The notes beneath the pieces are model-generated. The model did no database searches and had not been told where the DNA came from. It saw only the letters and a program-made list of their open reading frames with translations. 64,000 nt of DNA, taken from contig OZ360231.1 of the NCBI GenBank assembly GCA_977017645.1, forward strand, positions 69,874,001 through 69,938,000. The letters run 5' to 3'. The position numbers were made by a program, and so were the translations under genes. Source of the stretch: Torpedo marmorata. Lineage: Eukaryota. Below are positions 24,101 through 34,895 of the stretch, piece after piece. Positions within the stretch are counted from its first letter, which is position 1. Each line of letters opens with the position of its first letter.

Positions 24101-24968
24101 TTGATAATGTGGAGGGCTGTCAGAAAGTACAGAGGGATATTGATAGAATGCAAAACTGGGCTGAGAAGTGGCAGATGGAGTTTAACCCGGACAAGTGTGA
24201 AGTGGTTCATTTTGGTAGGTCAAATAGGATGGCAGAATATAGTATTAATGATAAGACTTGGCAGCGTGGAAATTCAAAGGGATCTTGAGGTTCAAGTACA
24301 TAGAACACTCAAACCAACTGCACAGGTTGAGTCAGTGGTTAAGAAGGCATACGGCGTATTGGCCTTTATAAATCGAGGAATTGAATTTAGGAGTCGAGAG
24401 GTAATGTTGCAACTGTATAGGACGTTGGTCAGACCTATAATGGAGTATTGTGCGCAGTTCTGGTCGCTTCACTACAGAAAGGATGTGGAGGCATTAGAAA
24501 GGGTGCAGAGATTTACTAAGATGTTGCCTGGTTTAGGGAGCATGCCCTATGAAAACAGGTTGAGGGAACTAGGCCTTTTCTCCTTGGAACGAAGGAGGAT
24601 GAGAGGGGACATGATTGAGGTGTTTAAGATGATAAGGGGCTTTGATCGTGCAGTCAGAGGCTTTTTCCCAGGGCCGAAATGGTTGCTCCAAGGGGACACA
24701 GGTTTAAGGTGTTGGGAAGAAGGTATAGAGGAAATGTCAGAGGTATGTTTTCTACGCAGAGTGGTGGGTGCGTGGAATGAGTTGCCGGCAACGGTAGTGG
24801 AGGTGGATTCTATAGGGACTTTTAAGAGACTTTTGGATAGGTACATGGAGCTCAGAAATATAGAGGGATATAAGTAAGTCTATCAATTCCTAGAGTAGTG
24901 ACAGGGTCGGCACAACTTTGTGGGCCGAAGGGCCTGTATTGTGCTCTAGGTTTTCTATGATTCTATGA
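21160..24968 (+). mobile_element. Near full-length CR1 LINE (ORF1 esterase, ORF2 APE-RT, frameshifted)
   Basis: GDSIVRG esterase; YFNARSIVNK, GDFNFP, NYRPVSLTS, QGSVLGP and FADDTK motifs; (TTCTATGA)n tail. Confidence 0.93.
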
Positions 24969-25633
24969 AATGCAAAGACAAAAAGTTGATCTTGTAATCT
25001 CAAGAATATAGTGACTCATGAAGGCAATGTTGCAACGTCTGCTTTTTCCTAAGAGAAGGAAAACCATAGCATAGTGAGGTTAATAAATTGGCCAAATGCA
25101 TAACATTTCTATCCAAGGAACAGCAAATAATTGGGCAAAAGAAATAGCTTCATTTTCAAATAATAATCCTCTTCATTTTCATTCTTCAGTTCAAAAATCA
25201 TAAATAAGCACATGGAATCATCACACATCTAATATGTGGGACACGCTTTTGTATAAAACTCCGATTCACCTACACGAGATTAATTTCTTCTTCCAAACAT
25301 ACCAGTCTAGATTTAAAAAACCCTTGGTTTAATTTATTCATCCTCAGAATTACATTTGTTCATCCAGCCAGCTCAAAACAGATTTTTCTACTCATCCTCT
25401 GCACAATGGAGGACATATTCTATTTTCTCTTCACCAAAAATTTTCCCCTTATTGCAGCACTAAAAATGTTGACAACATAGTTTTAATTTCTGAAGAGGCT
25501 TTTATGATTGCAATTTGTTTCTTATTTCAGCTCTTGTGCAATCCCTTGCAAATTAGCAGCAACAAACCTACACCTTCATGCTTACTACATTGTTTAACTC
25601 GCTTCTTACATTTTCATGTACAAGCTAACTCAC

Positions 25634-25721
25634 CTCAAGAAATTAAGCCTTTCTTGGACTTCTTGTACATGACTATAGCGGCTTCCTGACCGTACTGTTT
25701 GTGGATCATACTCTGGATTCT
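25634..25721 (-). CDS. USP9X: USP9X exon (88 nt; [28 protein letters not shown])
   Basis: ctttcag|AG AAT...TTG AG|gtgagt; phase 1/2. Confidence 0.95.
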
Positions 25722-26942
25722 CTGAAAGATATACAAATTTCCATTTCACTGCACTCTCAATGAAAAAGTAGTGTTGCAGGAGAAATGCTGCTATCAATTC
25801 CATTTTATATAAATGTCAAAGCATGGTTAAGTAAAATTATGGTAACATTTTAACATGAATTAACAAACTGTATCTCAGATTCGCTGCATGTTTGATAACA
25901 TCTGCCAGACATGATACACTTTTAGAAGATTGAGTCAATACAATGGCAAGTCAGGGTTCAGCTGAACTAGGGACACGAAGAATTTGATTATATAATAGCA
26001 GCCATACTGAGATTGCTCCTCACTATGTACAATGACACACACAACATATTTGCAATCGGATTTAGACCAACACTGCAGTCACTCATGAGAAAATGCATTT
26101 GTTTCCAACATTTACAATTACATACTGATATTTGTAAACAGTTATACAAACATAAGAATTCAACGATTTGTTATAAGTTTCTTAATAGGCTGTTACATTT
26201 TAAATACCGGTAGTCAGTTTTACAAATTAAACTGTATTTTAACTCCACTGCCACTTCCCTTGACAATAACCTCAATTGCCCTTTTTGAAAGCATCCAAGT
26301 CTCTTTCAAGAGAAGTGGTCTGTACTTGAATGGTCCTTGAGGAGCACCCAGAAGCTGTGTGCTATACTCCATGGTTTCATACAAAAGCCTCAGAAATGGA
26401 ACATCCAAATGATTTCAAAATGTTCTCTTCCCCTATAAACACAAACATCTTAACACATCAAGTTTTAGAACTTGGTCGAGCATGAGCGTGCATGGGCCCT
26501 GAGTGCATACATTTCTTCGTGTAGAAAGTGCTGCATGCAGAGAGGCCAAACAGAAGAAAACACAATGGGGTGGTGACAGCGGCCTGGGTACATGGAATTT
26601 GAATGGGACTACTGCTAACATTTTGCTTAATTTGGATAGCTAATGGATCAAACAGTGGCCACAAAACTCCTGTAATCACGATCAAAGATTGAATGTTAAC
26701 GATTTACAAATCTCACTTTTATGCTCAAATTTCTCCACGCTCTTGCTTTAATCTTATTCTTGACCTATTTCAACACAAAAATTTCAAGACTCTATCTAGC
26801 TATTTTTCATCTGTAATACATCCACCAATCTACTTTTCCATTTCCCATAGATATTCTTTAAAACGTTCCTCACTGATGGACTACTAATTACGATAGGATG
26901 AGGCAGAACTAGCGAGAGTAAATTGGAAACATGTTCAAGGGT

Positions 26943-27433
26943 TGTATTGGGAAGGGTCGTGGCTGTCACGTGACAGCACTGCCCCCTACCTCATCGGAGG
27001 ACACACCGCCTGCCAATCAAGGTTTGGCCCTGCCCCACCCATTAGTGCACACCTTGCCGTTGGCCAATTTAAATCCCTTTGTACTTGGCCTTGGGCCATT
27101 GGCCTTGTAATTGGATTAACCTTCCTGGCACCGAGCCATTGGCCCCCTGCAAACGACCTGGGCTGGACCTCCCAGCCCTATAAAGGTGCCACGTGTTCTT
27201 TGTCCTCCCTCTTTGCCAGCTTGGGACCACCCTGCTTCACTCCAAGCCTAGAACCGTGGAAGGGCACTGGAGAAATTGTTGGTAAGATGTGCACTGTTTA
27301 AAAGGGTTGGGAGCGTTTAATTAGTGTCCCTAAGTAGCATAGAGCCATGCCCGCACTGAGTCGAGTGGTGGTGGGGCATCGTATTGATTTTTCCTTTATT
27401 ATTGTATGTACCCAGTTAGTTGTATGTGTGTGT
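26943..27433 (+). repeat. ERV 5' LTR (its 3' part and the PBS are deleted)
   Basis: Starts TGTATTGGGAA and aligns to 30931-31395; TATAAA at ~27179. Confidence 0.9.
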
Positions 27434-28914
27434 CAGGATTACTGGCCAGATCCAGCATTTAGGCAACCAGAAGGACAGGGAGTTAGAAGAGCTCCAGCAA
27501 CACTGCTGCACGCTGCAGGAGGCAGTACAAGCTGCCCAGACTTGAGCCAACGATCTCGAGGTCAGGGGGACTGAAGTCGCCTGGAGGCTCATACAGCTGC
27601 AGCAGGCGCGGACAGCCCGCAGGTCCGGCTGGCAGCCAGACCCGCAAAAATTCCAAGCCCTGGTCCAGCACGGTAACAAGCTGGACGCGTGGCTGGGCGA
27701 CGGAGATATATGGTTAAACAGTGACGAGGAGGGGGTGCCCGAGGAGCCTTGGTCCCACAACCACCCTTCCCCCTATTCACTCGAACCCCTGCACGCTCGA
27801 CCCGTCATCACGGGGTCCCAGGTCCACCGCAGAGAGGGGGAGGATGCGGATGACCAAGCCGCAGGGGGGGCATGCCCGTGGTCACTCCGAGACCACAGAC
27901 ACCCGGCATTTCTCCCCAAAGGAGCTGACCCAGCTGGCGGATCGGTACTGCCAATGGACGGGCGAGCACCTGGCCGCGTGGCTGCTCTGGCTGTGGGATG
28001 AGGTGGCCCCCAACTTGAGCCTCGCTCATCAAGAGGCGAGCGCCCTGGGGAGCCTCTCTGACCAATAAAGCATCAAAAATGCCCTACGGGCGCCACAGCC
28101 AGAGATCTGGGAAGGCACTACCCTGTGGGATCGGGTTGTGACCGCGGTGAGTGTCCGATACCCCACCCTCCTGGAGTGGGATCTACACGGGCGCCCGCAA
28201 TGGGGCACAGTCAGTGAAGGCACCCGGGTTATTAGAGAGTGGGCGCTGGTCAACGGCATCTACCAGGGTGCCCGTGACCGTAATTGTTTAGAAAATACCC
28301 AGGTGACCAGTGCTCTAGCAGGATACCTGGTCACCACCGCGCGCCCCGATTTAAAGTCAGTGGTCCTGCCCCTCATGGCACCGGCTAATGGGAAGACTGT
28401 GCAGGACGCCATCACCCTCCTGGAAGGGCTAGAATACATGCAGCGGGGGGGCACCACCCAGATCCGTAGGGCAGAGGCAAGGGCTGGAAACACAGTCCCT
28501 CCCCGCTTTACGCGCAGGCAGCTGTACTTGGATCTGCTGCGCACAGGGGTGGACCGCGCCAGTATTGATGGGATTTCGACCTCTGCCATTTACGCGCTGT
28601 GGAAAGAGCTTTGTGGGGGGAAATTTGGCCAGGGGAAAACCCACCACCACCCTGGGATCAAGCCCAGGGCTGCCCCCGCCAACACTGCCTCTGCTCCTCC
28701 CCCACTCGAAACAGTCTCTCCTGCCCTCAAGGCTGAGCTCAGAGAACTGCTGAGACAGGAACTGTCCCATCTGCACCAGCAGATACCCTTACCCACGGGG
28801 TGGCAGACCCCCACCCCCCTCCCAAAGGATGAAGGCCAGGGCCCCCGGCGGATTTGTTCCACTGACCTCTCCCGCCCGGGGGACCTGAGGCCACATATAC
28901 CCGTAACAGTCTGA
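27434..28914 (+). pseudogene. ERV-L/Fv1-like gag (two stops and one frameshift)
   Basis: GDGDIW, FSPKEL..YCQWTGEHLAAWLLWLWD, RYPTL..WGTVSEGTRVIRE and FTRRQLYLDLLRTGVDRASIDG motifs. Confidence 0.8.
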
Positions 28915-29780
28915 AAAGCACCTTCCCCTGAATGCATTCTGGGGATCAATGTTTTAAAGGGACAGTCTCTTTATACTAACAGGGGCAAGAGTAAGTTTGG
29001 GGCCGCAAGGGCCACAATTGTAGATGGGACAGCCAGTCATTGTCCCCCCTCCCTCCAAGGTTGTCTGTAGCCCACAGTACAGACCACCCAACAAGAATGC
29101 TTTATTTTCGATTTCTCTCCATTTCAACTCGAGCAATTTACAGTTACTTGGGACAAGAGACAAGACTCATTCCATAGTCCCACTACCTGCTAGTTTAATC
29201 TACTGTGATGTACAACCTATTCAACCTCCCCCAGAGGTGTCAATTGTCCATTATACCATTGTCTCAGAGGCCCTTCACATGCTTATCTCCTCCCTCAGGA
29301 AACAGGGCTGGACCATTAAGGTGCAGTGCCCAAGCCAGAATGTCGTGTTTCTGGGATTACAGTGGCACTCAGGCCAAAAACATATTTCTGAGACTGCCAG
29401 GAATGAAATTTTGAATGTTGCCATCCCCTCAAATAAAACAGACACCCAGAGCTTCGTGGGCCTCCTAAGTTATTGGCGGCAGCATATACCCCACCTTACC
29501 ATGCTCTTTAAACCACCCTATAGAGACACCGTAAGAAGGCCACATTCTTATGGGGACCAGAACAACAGGCTGCTTCTGACACAGCAAAGCAAGCCGTTGA
29601 AGAACCACTGCCACCCCCTCTCCGCCAGGCAGGTGTTCCTTTTAAATTACAGTGAGACGGTCGCTGAATGGAACCTCTGGCAGAAGATCCAAGGGTGCAG
29701 TCTCGCAAGGCTTCTGGACAAAATCTCTGCCTGGAGCCGCCACTCGCTACAACCCATTCGATACCGGGACATCGGCTAAC
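28915..29780 (+). pseudogene. ERV pro/pol remnant with catalytic motifs deleted
   Basis: PECILGINVL (protease C-terminus); GWTIKVQCPSQNVVFLGLQW and FVGLLSYWRQHIPHL (ERV-L-type RT thumb). Confidence 0.8.
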
Positions 29781-29945
29781 ACTTTCCTCAGGGTCACTTA
29801 TGATTTTGCTAGCAGTTTACAGTGACACTGAACTGACTACTTACTGACCAACAAGAAAGTTTGTCATGTATTATGCAAAAATGTCTCAGCAAGAGAACAG
29901 CTGTTGCTATAGAAACTTTATCACTGGACATTCCAACATCCTTTG

Positions 29946-30112
29946 TTATGGACATTTTTAATGGCACCCTGAGCTGTGGTATCTACTATGCATAATGTCT
30001 CTAAGCACACTCAGAGAAATTGAAGTTATAGATGGACTTTGTTTTAATGGCACCCTGAGCTGTGGTATTTACTATGCACAATGACTCTAAGCACACTTAG
30101 AGAAATTTAAGT
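29946..30112. repeat. Tandem duplication (2 x ~83 bp) inside the ERV
   Basis: TTTTAATGGCACCCTGAGCTGTGGTAT...CTCTAAGCACACT.AGAGAAATT.AAGTTA occurs twice. Confidence 0.85.
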
Positions 30113-30930
30113 TAGTTTGTAAGTCATTGATCAGACCATGGTAGGAAACATTGTATATATTTTGTTTCACAATGACAGCATCACCCCACAACTCCCATTA
30201 ACAGAAAAACACCTCATGGGGTGGGGGCTGCGGGAGCTTTTATTTAAAAACACTAAATTGGCTGGCTTTTGGTCCCGACTACTCCTGGCTATCGTTGCAG
30301 GGGTCCAGCACAGGCACTTGTGGCACCCGTTGAAAAAGAACGCGAGCAACAACAGCATCCTGGTGTCAAATGCCAGCACACAAAAAAAGGCGCCCTCGGT
30401 ACACCCTGGATGTATACCTGCCGGCCTGCCCCCTGCCTCACCTCGGGATAGCACGGTGACGTGCATCTGGTATCTGTGCTTAGAGAGCGCCCAAGCGTGA
30501 GGCCAAGGTGAAGGATGCGCAAGCCAAGAGAGATCTGGCACCTGATGGATGACCTTGCACTGCCTGCTCACAGACGGTGGTAAGGGTGCTCACATTTGCC
30601 AACCAAGCCAGAGAAACCAGGCATACTAGTCGGTGACCAAACAAATTCCTTTTTCTACCCTCCCCTCTGACACTGGGGAGCAGCTCCCACAGCACCCTGC
30701 TCCATCGGTAACACAGCGACCCTGTTTGGTCGGTGGGGGGGGGGGGCTGGTGAGGTGTTGTCATTGAATTTGACTATGTGCCTTGCCAGCATACGGAATG
30801 CACTTGTTTATATATTGACCTGCTTGATTAGTATCGTTTTTTTTAAAACCTGTCTTTACTTATAACATATACATAGTTATTGATTGTCTTCCAAATGATT
30901 GGTGAGTGGTGTGACCTCCGAGGGGTGGAT

Positions 30931-31671
30931 TGTATTGGGAAAGGTCGTGGCTGTCACGTGACAGCACTGTCTCCTACCTAATCGGAGGACACACCACCTG
31001 CCAATCAAGGTTTGGCCCTGCCCCACCCATTCGTGCACACCTTGCCGTTGGCCAATTTAAATCCCATTGGCCTTTGTAATTGGATTAACCTTCCTGGCCA
31101 TTGGCCCCTGCTAACGACCTGGGCTGGACCCTCCAGCACTATAAAGGTGCCACGTGTTCTTTATCCTCCATCTTTGCCAGCTTGGGACCACCCTGCTTCA
31201 CTCCAGGCTTAGAACCATGGAAGGGCGCTGGAGAAATTGTTGGTAAGATGTGCACTGTTTAAAAGGGTTGGGAGCGTTTAATTAGTGTCCCTAAGTAGCA
31301 TAGAGCCATGCCCGCACTGAGTCAAGGGATGGTGGGGCATCATATTGATTTTTTCCTTGATTATTGTATGTACCCAGTTGGTTGTATGTGTGTGTATTTT
31401 GTTCCCACGCGATTTTCCCATGATCGCTATTAAACTCTGCGAGTTACTTATTGCTGTCCCGACTTTTCCCACGATCGCTATTAAATTGTGCGCGTTGTTC
31501 CACCGCTGCTACTATTTTCCCACAGCTGCTGAAAATTGTGCATGTGTGTGTTGCCTCTGCTGCCATTCCCCCACGTTTTGCCTTCTGTAAATAAAATCCC
31601 TTACTACCAAAACTGTGTGTCAAGAGTCCTTGCCTTTGAGACCCACCAAACCTGTTTCCTCACTCACAACA
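30931..31671 (+). repeat. ERV 3' LTR (741 bp)
   Basis: TG...CA ends, TATAAA at 31140, AATAAA at ~31590, followed by the TSD AGGGT. Confidence 0.9.
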
Positions 31672-33410
31672 AGGGTGAAAGCACAGAACTAATTTGGAGG
31701 AAGTTTAGGGACCACTTGTGCTGGGTTCAGGATAGGTTTGTCCCATTGGAACAGGGAAAAGATGGTAGGAAAAGGGAACCATGGTTGACGAAACAGGTGA
31801 GGCAGCTAGTCAAGAGGAAGAAGGAAGCATACATTAGATATAGAAAGCAGGAAGGGCTCATGAGAAGTAATGGTAGCCAGAAAGGAGCTTAAGAAAGGAC
31901 TTAGGAGAGCTTGAAGGGGGCATGAGAAGGGCTTGGCATGTAGAATTAGGGAGAACTCCAAGGCGTTCTATGCGTATGTGAAGAACAAAAGGATGACGAG
32001 AATGAAGGTGGGGCTGCAAAAGATTAAAGGAGGCAACATGTGCTTGAAGGCGGAGGAGGTTGGGGAGGTCCTGAATGAATACTTTGCTTCAGTATTCACA
32101 AGAGAAAAGAACCTTGATCAGAGTTATGTCAGAATAGAACAGGCTTGTGTGCTGGACGATGTTGAGATTAAGGTAGAGGAAGTGCTGGATCTTCTTAAAA
32201 ACATTGAGAAGGATAAGTCCCTGGGGCTGGACGTGATATACCCCAGGTTGCTGTGGGAAGTGAGGGAAGAGATAGCTGGGGCAGTGGCTATGATCTTTGA
32301 GTTCTCTTTGGCCACAGGGGAGGTGCCAGAGGATTGGAGAATGGCAAATCTAGTCCCCTTGTTTAAAAAAGGTAATAGGGAGAATCCTGGGAATTATAGA
32401 CCGGTGAGTCTTACGTCAGTGGTGTGTAAACTATTGGAGAGGATCTATGAGCATTTGGAGGTCTAGTCAAGGATAGTCAGCATAGCTTTGTGAAGGGAAG
32501 ATGGTGCCTCACGAGCCTAATTGAGTTTTTTGAGGAGTTAACAAAGGAAATTGATGATGGTAGGGCAGTAGATGTAGTCTATATGGATTTTAGTAAGGCA
32601 TTTAACAAGGTCCCCCATGCAAGACTCGTTCAGAAAAACATTAGGCATAGGATTCATGGAACCTTGGCTGCATGGATTAAAAATTGGCTTGCATATAGAA
32701 AGCAGAGAGTAGTAGTGGAAAGAAAGCATTCTGCCTGAAGGTCAGTGACTTGTAGAGTTCCGCAGGGATCTATTCTGGGACCCGTGCTCATCGTGATTTT
32801 CATAAATGACTGAGATGAAGAGGCAGAAGGATGGGTCAGTAAGTTTGCAGATGATACGAAGGTTGGAGGAGTTGTGGATGTTGCTGAAGGTTGTCATAGG
32901 TTACAAAAGGATATAGGATGCAGAGATGGGCGGAACAGTGGCAGATGGTGTTCAATCCAGATAAGTGTGAGGTGATGCCTTTTGGAAGGACAAACCAGAA
33001 GGCTGAGTACAGGGTTAACGGTCAGTTACTTAAGAGTGTGGAATGAACAGAGGGACCTTGGGGTCCAAATCCATACATCCCTCAAGGTCGCCGCGCAAGT
33101 TGATAGGATAGTTAAGAAGGCCTATGGAATGTTGGGCTTCATTCATTGGGGGATTGAGTTCAAGGTCATGTTAAAACTCTACAAATATCTGGTGAGACCA
33201 TACTGTAGACGACACTTGCCTATGAGAGTATTGTGTTCAGTTCTGGTCACCTCATTATAGGAAGGATGTGGAAGCTATGGAGAGGGTGCAGAGGAGATTT
33301 ACCAGGATGTTGCTTGGATTGGAAAATACCGTATATTTCGGCGTATAAGTCGACCGGCAGATAAGTCGACCCCCCTTTTTCAGCCTCATTTTAATGGTTT
33401 TATGGTATAT

Positions 33411-33734
33411 CCGGCGTATAAGTCGACCCCAAAAAAACGCGACGCCTGAGATGTTGCGCATTGACCGGCGTATAAGTCGACCCTCAAAAAACGCGATGAT
33501 TGAGCTGCTGGGCGTCGACCGGCGTATACGTCGACCCTCAAAAAACGCGATGATTGAGCTGCTGGCCGTTGACTGGCGTATAGATCGACCCACAACGATC
33601 GCGATCATTGAGCTGCTGGGCGTTGACTGGCGTATAGATCGACCCACAACGATCGCGATCATTGAGCTGCTGGGCGTTGACCGGCGTATAGGTCGACCCA
33701 CAACGATCGCGATCATTGAGCTGCTGGGCGTTGG
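33411..33734 (+). repeat. Six 54-bp subterminal tandem units carrying the TIR core
   Basis: Units start at 33411, 33465, 33519, 33573, 33627 and 33681, each with C(C/T)GGCGTATA..TCGACCC. Confidence 0.92.
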
Positions 33735-33752
33735 CTGGAGGTGATTGTTATC

Positions 33753-34895
33753 ATGGAGGCTCCATTGAAGGCTTCATTGAAACGACGAAAGTATGAGGCG
33801 AGTTTTAAATTGAAAGTAATAGAAATGGCCAAGAAAACCAACAACTGTGCTGCTGCAAGAAAATTTGATATATATGAGAAGTTGGTAAGAGATTGGAGGA
33901 AGAAAGAAGATACTTTAAGAAAAATACCAAAAAGACAATGTTCCATGAGAAGAGGAATCACTCGTTGGCCAGAGTTGGAAAATCATGTAGCAGCATGGGT
34001 ACGTGAACAGAGGCAAGATTGCTACATAGTCACCCGAAATAAAATAAGAACATTTGCACTGAACTGGGCAAAGTCGCACCCAGAACTCAGTAATGATTTT
34101 GAAGCTACAGTAGGCTGGTGCAACCGTTTTATGAACAGGAAAAATCTGGTATTACGACAAAAAACTAAAATTGCTCAGAAACTACCAAAAGATCTTGATC
34201 ATAAAGTTGTAAGTTTTCACCAGTTTATTTTACGTAACCGGAAGAAACACAAGTTTGCATTGGCAAATATTGGAAACATGGACGAAACCCCCATGAATTT
34301 TGACATGATAGGCAATAGAACAGTGGAATGGAAAGGTGTGAAAACTGTGCAAACCAGGAGTACAGGACATGAAAGGACCAGGTTTACTGTGGTGTTATCG
34401 TGCATGGCCGACGGGACAAAGTTAAGACCCATGGTAATCTTCAAGCGCAAACTTAAACCTAAAATAAATTTCCCAGCAGGTATTTTTGTACATTTTCATG
34501 AAAAAGGATGGATGGATGAAAATGGTGTAAAACTATGGATAGACAATGTGTGGAACAGGCGGCCAGGCGGTTTACGCAAGGAACGGAGTTTGCTGGTCTG
34601 GGATATGTTTCGTCGCCACTTAACTGAGAAGACTAAAAGTACATTAGCACAACATAATACTCACATGGCGGTTATCCCGGGTGGTATGACGTCTATATTG
34701 CAACCTCTCGATGTCTGCTTGAACAAGCCATTCAAAGACCACGTGCGTGAAGAGTGGAATACATGGATGACGAGTGCAGAAAAATCATTTACAAAAGGCG
34801 GGGCAATGCGTGCTGCATCGCTTGATGTGCTGTGTGACTTCGTGCTCAAGGCATGGGACAAAGTGAAAGTAGAGACTATAATAAAATCATTTTAA
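33753..34895 (+). CDS. pogo transposase (Brinker-type DBD, CENP-B HTH, DDE_1); a +1 frameshift near the C-terminus, with the natural end at 35091
   Basis: RRKYEASFKLKVIE; GWCNRFMNR; catalytic NMDETP, LLVWDMF and QPLDVCLNKPFK; the shifted frame continues KKCGISCAIDGTEDD...DFEGF*. Confidence 0.88.
   Translation: MEAPLKASLKRRKYEASFKLKVIEMAKKTNNCAAARKFDIYEKLVRDWRKKEDTLRKIPKRQCSMRRGITRWPELENHVAAWVREQRQDCYIVTRNKIRTFALNWAKSHPELSNDFEATVGWCNRFMNRKNLVLRQKTKIAQKLPKDLDHKVVSFHQFILRNRKKHKFALANIGNMDETPMNFDMIGNRTVEWKGVKTVQTRSTGHERTRFTVVLSCMADGTKLRPMVIFKRKLKPKINFPAGIFVHFHEKGWMDENGVKLWIDNVWNRRPGGLRKERSLLVWDMFRRHLTEKTKSTLAQHNTHMAVIPGGMTSILQPLDVCLNKPFKDHVREEWNTWMTSAEKSFTKGGAMRAASLDVLCDFVLKAWDKVKVETIIKSF

Larger units (their letters stand above)
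26943..31671 (+). mobile_element. ERV-L-like (class III) endogenous retrovirus, internally deleted provirus
   Basis: LTRs at 26943-~27433 (truncated) and 30931-31671; 5-bp TSD AGGGT; PPT GAGGGGTGGAT; ERV-L-type gag and RT remnants. Confidence 0.88.

Noticed and set aside
33411-33734. CRISPR-like repeat array
   Set aside because: The units are wholly homologous tandem copies with no unique spacers. They lie inside a pogo transposon in vertebrate DNA, with no cas genes.
33255-33744. Repetitive-peptide ORFs on both strands
   Set aside because: They are artefacts of the 54-bp unit being a multiple of three.
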